Shown here piece after piece: positions 9,729 to 17,040 of a stretch of 32,000 nucleotides of DNA; position 1 is the first letter of the stretch; every line of letters begins with the position of its first letter. The position numbers were made by a program, and so were the translations under genes. The DNA is from Bellilinea caldifistulae (lineage in GTDB: Bacteria > Chloroflexota > Anaerolineae > Anaerolineales > Anaerolineaceae), in assembly GCF_001306055.1 (NCBI RefSeq), contig NZ_LGHJ01000012.1, forward strand, positions 60,001 through 92,000, in the 5' to 3' direction. The notes below the pieces were generated by a model, which was not told where the DNA came from, ran no database searches, and saw only the letters and a program-made list of their open reading frames with translations.

Positions 9729-10746
9729 GCGAAGCCTGACGGGCCAGTTGCAGCCGATAGCGGCGCATCACCTGCCGGCGCTTCCGTTCCGGCAGAGCAA
9801 GGATGTACCGGCAAACATTTGCAATCTTTTCCGCCGAGGTTCCCCCATTCTGAAGCGGAAGTAGCCGGCGCGCCTGTTCCACATCCACTTCCGCATACAC
9901 CGGCTTACCCAACGCCAGCGCTGTGTAGATCACCGTCGAATTTTCCACGACCAGTGCATCACAATTGGCAATCATGTGGTGCACATTACCATCGGTGAAA
10001 ACCCGCGCAAACGGTGCAATCCATTTGATCTCCAACATGGCCAGTTCAACATTTTCGTTTGGGTGCAGTTTGATAAACAGCGGCCGCCCGTCGGCAATTT
10101 GCAATGCCCGTTGCAAAAATGCCAGCCGGTTGTGCAGTTTACCGGTTTCACGGCTGGCAGAAGTAGCCGCCAGTACGTACCCGCGGTAGGGAAAATCGTT
10201 TTCAAGGTACTGACGGGCATTGTCGTAATTGGGGATGCCGGTGACAAAGATCTTTTCGGGGCGGATTCCCTTGCGGATGAACAAATCCCGATAACCGGTG
10301 GAGGCCACACAAAAAGCCTCGTACTGATCAGAAAGCCCGGTTGCCGCTGTGTTCGCCAGCCAGCGCGGCAGGCGTAAATCTTTGACCAGCTGATAACGCA
10401 GGCCCTCCGGCTCGGTCATCCCCTCCTGCACCAGCACAATCGGCTTTTTGCGAATGTTGCGCTGAACGATCAAATCCGTACAGGTCACCACCAGATCGTA
10501 ATTACCCCGCTGGCCGCCAAAATCCACCGGCAGATGATGGCGCTGCAAGTAAGCCTCTGTTTCCCGGCGATGCCGCCCGCCCAAAATGGTAAAATCCAGT
10601 AGCCCATGGCGGGCAGCCCAGCCCATCAGCCCTTCGGCGTAAAAAGGCGTGAACACGCATTCATGTTCCGGTAAAGCCTGGGCAATTTTGTGCATCATCA
10701 TGGTTTGATTGAGCGATCCGCCGATCAGTAAAATTCTCTTCGCCAT
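9715..10746 (-). CDS. GT-B-fold glycosyl/glycerophospho-transferase-like protein (family uncertain)
   Basis: 343 aa, with an N-terminal 'KRILLIGGS' Rossmann-like start and a C-terminal half 'PLFIKLHPNE...CDALVVENSTVIYTALALGKPV' typical of GT-B, capsule-synthesis or epimerase-like folds. A GGAGG-rich SD precedes ATG 10746. Confidence 0.5.
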   Translation of the reverse strand: MAKRILLIGGSLNQTMMMHKIAQALPEHECVFTPFYAEGLMGWAARHGLLDFTILGGRHRRETEAYLQRHHLPVDFGGQRGNYDLVVTCTDLIVQRNIRKKPIVLVQEGMTEPEGLRYQLVKDLRLPRWLANTAATGLSDQYEAFCVASTGYRDLFIRKGIRPEKIFVTGIPNYDNARQYLENDFPYRGYVLAATSASRETGKLHNRLAFLQRALQIADGRPLFIKLHPNENVELAMLEIKWIAPFARVFTDGNVHHMIANCDALVVENSTVIYTALALGKPVYAEVDVEQARRLLPLQNGGTSAEKIANVCRYILALPERKRRQVMRRYRLQLARQASHVRA

Positions 10747-10940
10747 TCCCCTGCTTCCTCCGCCATATAACCCGGATGAAAATTCCCTACATTAAGTATC
10801 CTTGCCAGATTTAAGAGCCATTCAACTTTTTGATAAGGGGGTGTTATAACCCGGCTAACAAATGATTAAGACCCACACAACCCGGCGTGGGATTTCAATT
10901 CATCCCTGGCGTTCCAAATCTTAAAAAGTCGGCAAATGGA

Positions 10941-10969
10941 TAGAAATTGAAAGAGATTTTTGCTATACT
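10941..10969 (+). promoter_or_regulatory. candidate sigma-70 promoter with extended -10 (TAGAAA-N17-TATACT, TGc upstream of -10)
   Basis: TGCTATACT sits at 10961-10969 and TAGAAA at 10941-10946. The element lies in an AT-rich gap and faces the PilZ gene. Confidence 0.45.
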
Positions 10970-10975
10970 TTAATC

Positions 10976-11115
10976 GTGGAGTACAAGTTGTCCATACCAA
11001 TCCGCTCCCACGCGTTATTCGTACTGATTCGCCGCGCTCGTCATCGGGTCGCCTGAATTTGCGCATCTGATCATTCATCCCAGGTGACCCTGTCAAAAAG
11101 TCAGGGTCTTTTTTT
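10976..11115 (+). promoter_or_regulatory. candidate cis-regulatory 5' leader RNA (class not recognised) ending in an intrinsic terminator
   Basis: The region lies between the promoter and the PilZ SD. It contains a 5' helix, CGTGGAG (10975-10981) pairing with CTCCCACG (11005-11012), and a terminal hairpin followed by a T7 run. Confidence 0.4.
11086..11115 (+). terminator. intrinsic terminator/attenuator upstream of the PilZ gene
   Basis: GACCCTG (11086-11092) pairs with CAGGGTC (11102-11108) across a 9-nt loop, followed by TTTTTTT (11109-11115). The SD AGGGAGG begins 11 nt later. Confidence 0.6.
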
Positions 11116-11140
11116 ACTCAGTTTCAGGGAGGTGGTTGTG

Positions 11141-11854
11141 ATGTCATACCCATTTCTGAATGATGCCTTACAGGCCGTCAAGTCGCTGGCTTTTCAGCGT
11201 GTACCGCTCAATCTGGTCAGCACCTACAAAGGGGTACATTTCATCGAACGGATTGAGCCAATCAAAATTGGAGTGGATTCCATCACGTTCCGCGCTCCCC
11301 GCCTGCAAGTGTGCGTGACTTTGCGAGACCCGGTGTACCTGTATTCGCGGGTGCTGCCCGAAACAGTACGCGCCAAACCTCAACTGCTCAATACCAATCC
11401 GCAGGAATTAAGGCTGAGCGACTTTTCTTTCAACGGCAACTTGTGGTTTGACCGCATGGAGCAGCGCGTCCAACCCGACCGACCCATCGAGGTCATGCTG
11501 AAACTCCACAACCGCATCTACTCAGCCAGCCTGCGGGATATTTCTCTGCACGGTGCCGGGCTGATGCTTTACATTGGGGATCAACCGCAGTTCGATGTGC
11601 TGGTCAACACACCGGTGGATTTGCGCTTTGACCTGACCCCCACCACTCCCATGGACGTGCACGGACAGGTGGTTTGCCGCCGCCGTGTTGGTTCGACGAT
11701 GATGTATCTGGGTGTACGAATTTTCCCCAGCGAAGAGCAAACCCGCTGGCTTGAAAATTACATCGTCCGCCGCAAGCTGGAAATTTTGAACGAGCTGGAT
11801 GACTTGATCAACGAACAGATGGAGCCGCAAACGGCTGCCGATTTGTACTTCTAA
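11141..11854 (+). CDS. PilZ domain protein, YcgR/MotI-like two-domain architecture (putative c-di-GMP receptor)
   Basis: The C-terminal half carries RxxxR ('RMEQR') and DxSxxG ('DISLHG') spaced as in PilZ domains. The N-terminal half is beta-rich and PilZN-like. ATG 11141 is preceded by AGGGAGG. The ORF-track start at 11084 lies inside the terminator hairpin. Confidence 0.8.
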   Translation: MSYPFLNDALQAVKSLAFQRVPLNLVSTYKGVHFIERIEPIKIGVDSITFRAPRLQVCVTLRDPVYLYSRVLPETVRAKPQLLNTNPQELRLSDFSFNGNLWFDRMEQRVQPDRPIEVMLKLHNRIYSASLRDISLHGAGLMLYIGDQPQFDVLVNTPVDLRFDLTPTTPMDVHGQVVCRRRVGSTMMYLGVRIFPSEEQTRWLENYIVRRKLEILNELDDLINEQMEPQTAADLYF

Positions 11855-13719
11855 GGTGGGGCACACCGGTAAATCCGGTACGGTTCGATCATCATCGCCG
11901 GCTGGCATCCCGCGCTGGTGAGCGGTTGGCGCCAATCCTCTGTCCGTTCGAGAAGCGATTCAAGGCTCTGGTTTGGGTCACGGGTATTGACCACCACAAA
12001 CGCCTGCATAATAGAATCGCGCTGGTTGAGTTTATCAAACCATTCGGATTGGCCGCCGGCTCGCAGCAGATAATACCAGATCGGCGGTGCGTCCATTCCA
12101 TCGGCAATCACCACGCCGTCCGCCCCCAGATGTTCCGCCAGCCAGACCGCCGTGAGTTCGGGGGCGGCCGGCTTGGCCAGTTGCATCCCTTTCTGAATTG
12201 CCCAGGGCATTGCCAGCAGGATCAAAACGATCACCCAGCCCTGGACCACAATCCCACTCAAATTCGCAGGCCATTTTTTTCGTTTGCTCCACCAATCGAA
12301 AAACGCCACCCAGCCAGCGGCTGCCAGCACCAGCAGTAGCACCAACAACCAGATCCAGATCTTTCGCCAGGCGTTCGGCCGTTGAACAATTAAAAGCAAA
12401 CCCACCCACAACCCTACTGGAAATAATACCGGCACACGCTGACGGCTGGCCGTCGGATGAAACATCAACGCCAGAATCACCCCCGCCACCGCCCAAATAG
12501 TGAAGAAGGGATGTACATCCATCTGCCATTCCCGCCATGTTTCACTCAAGCGAGTCAACAGGGTTGGCCAGAAAACATCCCACCCCAGTGGTTGAACAAA
12601 GGGATTGCCAAACAGACTTTGCGGGCCGCTGACCAGCAAAACCGGAAGGTAAAGGACGTAAATCCCCACTCCACCGAGCAGACCGCTGACAATCAACGCC
12701 AGCCAAAATCGCTGACGGCTGCCGTATGCCTGAGAGATTTGCGGCTCCACCCATGCAGAAAGGAATAACCACAGATACGACGCCCCCAGCGGATAGAGCA
12801 TGACCGGCACGGTGTAAAAACCCAGCGCAGCAATCCATGAGAAAATCAGCCATCCCGCCCAATTGGGATGCGTTTTGAGATACGTCGCCAGTGTCCAGGC
12901 TGCCAGGCTGAAGCAAGCCAGCAACGTATATCCCCGCCCGTCAGCCGAACCGCCCACCAGCAGGGGCGTAACCGCTACCAGACCGGCTGCCAGCCAGCCA
13001 GCCCGGCGGTTGTACCAGACCCTGCCCAGTCCGTAGGCAGCCGCCACACTCAAAACTCCGCCCAAAAAAGCCGGCAGGCGCATCACCGCCGGGGCATCTC
13101 CCAGCAAACGGGTTGAAAGGTGAACCAGAATGCTATGAAACACATGATTATTGGGCAAATGATAATCGCTGATCACCGCCCACAGGGAACGGCGCGCAAA
13201 GCCAATATAGGTATAGGCTTCGTCATGCCCAAGCGGCTGATCCAGAAACGGAATTCGCAAGGCGATAGCAGCGGCAATCAGCAACCCCAGGCGCAGCCAC
13301 TCCGCCCTTTCCGCCCCCGCCGGACGGAAATCAGTCCGCAGATCCTGCCATCCGCGGCGGAGTTTCAGGGAACTTTCCTTCAACCAGTGCGGTTTACGGT
13401 CAATCATCCACGCCAGCACCAAAGCCGACAGGCCCGCCAGAGCGAAGGCCGGGCGCAGCATCCAATGCCGTTCAGGGGTGAACCCATCCATTGCGCCATC
13501 GGCTGCAAGTCCGTCCATCAAAGAACGCACCAGCGGGAAACCCGCCAGCGCCGCGAACATTCCTGCCAGCCCTGCAATCAAAGCCAGCAGCGCAAGGATG
13601 CGCCAGAATCCGCTTTTACTCAGTTGATCATCCCTCCGCTGAAGGTCAACTGATAGGCAATCCGTTCGCGATGGAAAATGACTTCCATTCCCTCGAACCA
13701 TTCGACCGTGCCGCGCCAT
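11851..13719 (-). CDS. membrane glycosyltransferase, GT39/GT83 (ArnT/PMT-like) family
   Basis: Polytopic membrane protein. The first-loop motif 'LDQPLGHDEAYTYIGFA' is typical of ArnT/PMT-type enzymes that use polyprenyl-phosphate sugars. The start is uncertain: ATG 13719 or 13701 overlaps the upstream gene by about 80-100 nt, and the alternative is a coupled CTG at 13623. Confidence 0.75.
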   Translation of the reverse strand: MARHGRMVRGNGSHFPSRTDCLSVDLQRRDDQLSKSGFWRILALLALIAGLAGMFAALAGFPLVRSLMDGLAADGAMDGFTPERHWMLRPAFALAGLSALVLAWMIDRKPHWLKESSLKLRRGWQDLRTDFRPAGAERAEWLRLGLLIAAAIALRIPFLDQPLGHDEAYTYIGFARRSLWAVISDYHLPNNHVFHSILVHLSTRLLGDAPAVMRLPAFLGGVLSVAAAYGLGRVWYNRRAGWLAAGLVAVTPLLVGGSADGRGYTLLACFSLAAWTLATYLKTHPNWAGWLIFSWIAALGFYTVPVMLYPLGASYLWLFLSAWVEPQISQAYGSRQRFWLALIVSGLLGGVGIYVLYLPVLLVSGPQSLFGNPFVQPLGWDVFWPTLLTRLSETWREWQMDVHPFFTIWAVAGVILALMFHPTASRQRVPVLFPVGLWVGLLLIVQRPNAWRKIWIWLLVLLLVLAAAGWVAFFDWWSKRKKWPANLSGIVVQGWVIVLILLAMPWAIQKGMQLAKPAAPELTAVWLAEHLGADGVVIADGMDAPPIWYYLLRAGGQSEWFDKLNQRDSIMQAFVVVNTRDPNQSLESLLERTEDWRQPLTSAGCQPAMMIEPYRIYRCAPP

Positions 13720-14075
13720 GCACAGGCATAGCGAAAATCGCCGTCCTCAAAGGAATCCGGCCCGCGGAAAGGCGCCTGGGCATCCACTTGTTGCAGGGCT
13801 TGCCGCAAGAATTGAAAAATCTGCCCGGCAGGCGGCTCTTCCAGCTTCACCCCCCCGGCATAGACCATTGACCACCACGGCCGGTTGCGATAATAAACCA
13901 TCTCCTGCCCGGCGAAGAACTCTTCCCCAAAGTACACGTCCCGGTAGAACCAGTCTCCCAGGCGGTATTCCAGTTGAATGCTGCCCGGCAGGAGCGGCTC
14001 GACGCTGGCAGTCATGCCGGCAGCGTAAGCATGGCGTTTGGCTTCAATCAAAAATGGAACCAGTTGAGAACTCAT
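13620..14075 (-). CDS. hypothetical protein, DUF5680-like
   Basis: The pattern 'LIEAKRHAYAAG...GSIQLEYRLGDWFYRDVYFGEEFFAGQEMVYYRNRPWWSMVYAG' matches my recollection of the DUF5680 family. ATG 14075 follows AGGAG and lies 1 nt after the ycgN stop. Confidence 0.6.
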   Translation of the reverse strand: MSSQLVPFLIEAKRHAYAAGMTASVEPLLPGSIQLEYRLGDWFYRDVYFGEEFFAGQEMVYYRNRPWWSMVYAGGVKLEEPPAGQIFQFLRQALQQVDAQAPFRGPDSFEDGDFRYACAWRGTVEWFEGMEVIFHRERIAYQLTFSGGMIN

Positions 14076-14076
14076 T

Positions 14077-14529
14077 TCACTCCTCATCCAAAATGTAATT
14101 TTCCAAATCGTCCAGGTCTACCCCTAATTCAGAAATTGCCCTCCCCAAAGCAGATGCGCCGGCGCGGTGAACGCTGCGCGGATCGCCGCTGATCAGCGGG
14201 TGCCAGTCCGGCAGGTCTTTGCCCAGCGCCAACCGCCGGTAAGCACAGGTCTCCGGCAGCCATGTAAAAGTGCGCGCGGTTTCGGGGGTGATTCGTACGC
14301 AGGTGCTGACTTTTTGGAAGCGGTTTGGGTAATCCTTGCAACGGCAGGTTTTCAAATCCAGCAGACGGCAGGCAACCGCAGTGGTCAGAATCGCTCCGCT
14401 CTCCTCATCTTCGATACGGTAGAGACAGCACCAGCCGCAGCCATCGCACAGCGATTCCCACTCGGCAGGGGTCATTTCCTCCAGCGATTTGCGTTTCCAG
14501 AACGGCACAGCAGTCGGATTCTCAAGCAC
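14077..14529 (-). CDS. ycgN: YcgN (UPF0260) family cysteine-cluster protein
   Basis: The protein aligns along its length with the E. coli YcgN pattern: 'PFW..K.L.EM...[13 protein letters not shown]', 'VACR.L...TC.C..Y', 'WLP.TCAYR.LA.GKDLP.WHPL'. Confidence 0.85.
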   Translation of the reverse strand: MLENPTAVPFWKRKSLEEMTPAEWESLCDGCGWCCLYRIEDEESGAILTTAVACRLLDLKTCRCKDYPNRFQKVSTCVRITPETARTFTWLPETCAYRRLALGKDLPDWHPLISGDPRSVHRAGASALGRAISELGVDLDDLENYILDEE

Positions 14530-14539
14530 GCCGATTACC

Positions 14540-15133
14540 TCATCCTTTGCGCGGGCGGCGCTTGAGCAGCAGAAACAGCAGGAAGAAGGTCGTCAGCGGC
14601 CATACCCATGCCAGGTCGCCTGGCCCGCCTTCACCGGTTCGGGCAACCGTGCGGCGGATACGGATCAAGCGGTAATCGCGGGTCAGGCGTTCCAATTCTT
14701 CATCATTGAGTTTGATCGGGTCAACCCCAAACAACCGCGCCGCAAAACCGCTGGCGATCAGCACCTGCCGCATAATCGGCAGGCGTACATCCGCATCCAG
14801 CACTTCCTCGGCAATTCCAGCCCACCAGCCATCCGGTAGCCACACCTCCACCTGCGGGTTGACAATGATGTTGCGATACCAGTCCGAAACCTGCCCAAAA
14901 CCAGCCACACAGTAGATCTCGCCGTTGACAATGGCGTAATTGACCGGCGTGCGGTAACGTTTGCCGCTCTTTCTGCCGCTGTGTTCCAGCACCATCACTT
15001 GCCCGGCGTATTTGGGAGCAGCGTTAATGTGTTTGCCCAGTCCCAGGCGCCACAGCCACACCATCAGTAAATTGCCCTTCTTGAAGTACCCCCGTAAACG
15101 GTGCGCCATTTCAGCGGATATCGGCTCTTTCAT
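14540..15133 (-). CDS. nitroreductase-family deazaflavin (F420)-dependent oxidoreductase-like protein with C-terminal TM tail
   Basis: '[42 protein letters not shown]' is typical of Ddn/DUF385-type split beta-barrel proteins. ATG 15133 is preceded by GGAGGGAGGGAGAGG. The ORF-track start at 15268 would overlap gatC. Confidence 0.7.
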   Translation of the reverse strand: MKEPISAEMAHRLRGYFKKGNLLMVWLWRLGLGKHINAAPKYAGQVMVLEHSGRKSGKRYRTPVNYAIVNGEIYCVAGFGQVSDWYRNIIVNPQVEVWLPDGWWAGIAEEVLDADVRLPIMRQVLIASGFAARLFGVDPIKLNDEELERLTRDYRLIRIRRTVARTGEGGPGDLAWVWPLTTFFLLFLLLKRRPRKG

Positions 15134-15177
15134 CCTCTCCCTCCCTCCAAAAGACCACCAGACGTTGCCCGTTTTGG

Positions 15178-15207
15178 TTGCAGTGAAGTCATACTGTCTA
15201 TTATAAT
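15178..15207 (+). promoter_or_regulatory. candidate gatCA promoter TTGCAG-N18-TATAAT, 7 nt upstream of the ATG (leaderless)
   Basis: TTGCAG is at 15178-15183 and TATAAT at 15202-15207, then acgccgc-ATG with no SD. The -10 lies inside the palindrome ATTATAAT (15200-15207). Confidence 0.45.
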
Positions 15208-15214
15208 ACGCCGC

Positions 15215-15502
15215 ATGACTCTGACTCTGGCGGAAGTTGAACACATTGCCCAGCTGGCGCGCCTGCACCTGAGTGAAGAAGAAAAAATTCGCTTTCGGGA
15301 GCAGCTCTCGGCCATTCTGGATTATGCAGCGCGTTTGCAGCAGGTGGATACACGCGACATTCCACCCACTTCCAGCGTTCTGCCGCCGCGCAGTCGGCTG
15401 CGGGAGGACGAACCACGCCCGGCTTTGCCGCAGCAGGTGATTCTGGCGAATGCCCCCTTCCCCTACCAGGGATACTTCCGCGTGCCGCCGGTGCTGGAGT
15501 GA
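15215..15502 (+). CDS. gatC: Asp/Glu-tRNA amidotransferase subunit C
   Basis: 'MTLTLAEVEHIAQLARLHLSEEEKIRFREQLSAILDYAARLQQVDT' is the canonical GatC N-terminus. The gene lies directly upstream of gatA. Confidence 0.9.
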   Translation: MTLTLAEVEHIAQLARLHLSEEEKIRFREQLSAILDYAARLQQVDTRDIPPTSSVLPPRSRLREDEPRPALPQQVILANAPFPYQGYFRVPPVLE

Positions 15503-15507
15503 ATCGC

Positions 15508-16986
15508 ATGGATGATCGGCTCACCCTTACCGTCCGGCAGGCGTTGCAGTCCCTACAAAACGGCTCACTTTCGAGTGAGGAATTGACCCGTGCCTGTATT
15601 GAACAAATCGAACGGCTGGAAAGCAAAATTCACGCCTTTATCACCCTCACCGCCGAAAAAGCCCTTGAAGATGCCCGTCGGGCAGATGCGCGCCGCATCG
15701 CTGCCCACCGCCACCCGGATGAGACTTTGCCATCTTTGCTTGGGCTGCCAATTGCCGTCAAAGACCTGTTGACCGTTGCCGGTGTACGCTGCACCTGCGG
15801 TTCTCGCATTCTGGAAAATTATGTTCCTCCCTTTACGGCCACCGCTGTCCAGCGGCTGGTGGATGCGGGAGTGGTGATTGTCGGCAAAACCAACACCGAT
15901 GAATTTGCAATGGGATCATCCACCGAAAACTCGGCCTACGGTGCAACCTTCAACCCGTGGGATACCGGTCGCGTGCCAGGCGGTTCCAGCGGTGGTTCGG
16001 CGGCTGCCGTGGCTGCCCGCATGGTGCCCGCTGCGCTGGGCACCGATACCGGCGGGAGTGTCCGCCAGCCGGCGGCTTTTTGCGGTGTAACCGGCATTAA
16101 GCCCACTTACGGCAGAGTTTCCCGCTACGGGCTGGTGGCGTACGGCTCATCGCTGGATACGGCAGGTGTGCTGGCGCACAGCGCCGAAGACGCTGCCATC
16201 TTGTTCTGGCCAATGGCAGGGTTTGACCCGCTGGATGCCACCACCGTCGAACAGCCGCCTTCGGTCTGGCACACCCCGGAATCCGAAACGCTGAAGGGGT
16301 TGCGGATCGGCGTACCCAAAGAATACTTTCTGCCGGGCATGCAGCCTGAGGTAGAAGAAAAGGTCCGCGCAGCCATTCGGATGCTGGCAGAACTGGGTGG
16401 CGAGGTGCATGAGATCAGCCTGCCGCATACCGAATACGCCCTGCCGGTTTATTACCTGATTGCCCCGGCAGAGGCTTCCGCCAATCTGGCGCGTTATGAC
16501 GGTGTACGTTTTGGCTACCGCGCCAGCGCAGACACCCTCGGCGAATTGTTCAACCTGAGCCGTTCGCGGGGTTTTGGAGCAGAAGTCAAACGGCGCATCA
16601 TGCTGGGCACCTATGCCCTCTCGGCCGGTTATTACGAGGCTTACTACGGACAAGCCCAGAAAGTCCGCACGCTCATTCGTCGGGATTTTGAAGAGGCATT
16701 TCAACAGGTGGATATCATCGCCACGCCGGTTACGCCAACCACCGCTTTTCGGGTGGGTGAACACCGCGATGACCCGCTGGCAATGTATCTCGAAGATGTG
16801 TTCACTCTGCCAACCAATCTGGCCGGTGTGCCGGGGCTGGCTTTCCCGGTGGGATTTGACCGGCAAGGCTTGCCGGTCGGCATGCAAATCATGGCTTCTC
16901 ACTTTCGCGAAGACCTGCTCTTCTCCGTGGCTTACCACTACCAGCAACACACGGACTGGCACCGACGACTGCCGCCGCTTTTATAA
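15508..16986 (+). CDS. gatA: Asp/Glu-tRNA amidotransferase subunit A
   Basis: The amidase signature '[13 protein letters not shown]' and 'KDLL...G..TTCGS'-like '[18 protein letters not shown]' are present. ATG 15508 is preceded by GGAG at 8-nt spacing. An alternative GTG at 15499 overlaps the gatC stop. Confidence 0.93.
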   Translation: MDDRLTLTVRQALQSLQNGSLSSEELTRACIEQIERLESKIHAFITLTAEKALEDARRADARRIAAHRHPDETLPSLLGLPIAVKDLLTVAGVRCTCGSRILENYVPPFTATAVQRLVDAGVVIVGKTNTDEFAMGSSTENSAYGATFNPWDTGRVPGGSSGGSAAAVAARMVPAALGTDTGGSVRQPAAFCGVTGIKPTYGRVSRYGLVAYGSSLDTAGVLAHSAEDAAILFWPMAGFDPLDATTVEQPPSVWHTPESETLKGLRIGVPKEYFLPGMQPEVEEKVRAAIRMLAELGGEVHEISLPHTEYALPVYYLIAPAEASANLARYDGVRFGYRASADTLGELFNLSRSRGFGAEVKRRIMLGTYALSAGYYEAYYGQAQKVRTLIRRDFEEAFQQVDIIATPVTPTTAFRVGEHRDDPLAMYLEDVFTLPTNLAGVPGLAFPVGFDRQGLPVGMQIMASHFREDLLFSVAYHYQQHTDWHRRLPPLL

Positions 16987-17021
16987 AAAAACAACCGGCA
17001 GGGGGAACTGCCTGCCGGTTG
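16985..17021 (-). terminator. intrinsic terminator of the minus-strand flagellar/ECF unit (hairpin shared with convergent gatA)
   Basis: An 11-bp stem, CAACCGGCAGG (16992-17002) with CCTGCCGGTTG (17011-17021), has an 8-nt loop. The A7 run at 16985-16991 gives a U-tract only on the minus-strand transcript. Confidence 0.8.
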
Positions 17022-17040
17022 ATGAGGAATGATCCGCCGC

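Noticed and set aside
10976-11056. 26-codon GTG-initiated ORF (VEYKLSIPIRSHALFVLIRRARHRVA) starting 6 nt after the TATACT box. It could be a leaderless leader peptide.
   Set aside because: I did not call it as a CDS. The GTG start is poor for leaderless initiation, and there is no codon run suggestive of amino-acid attenuation or conservation evidence. It is kept only as an alternative reading of the leader.
10866-11096. 76-aa minus-strand ORF in the AT-rich gap upstream of the PilZ gene.
   Set aside because: It has no SD and no recognisable motifs. It runs antisense through the predicted promoter, leader and terminator, and its composition is unlike the neighbouring genes.
10976-11115. Identification of the PilZ leader as a c-di-GMP-I (GEMM-I) or c-di-GMP-II riboswitch.
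   Set aside because: I could not find the conserved cores I remember for those classes (for example GGCAAACC...ACGCAAAGC-type segments). Naming a class would be unsupported without a covariance-model search.
16985-17021. Treating the hairpin after gatA as a gatA-specific intrinsic terminator.
   Set aside because: The U-tract exists only on the minus-strand transcript; on the plus strand the A7 run precedes the stem. It is annotated as the terminator of the minus-strand unit and may act only weakly for gatA.
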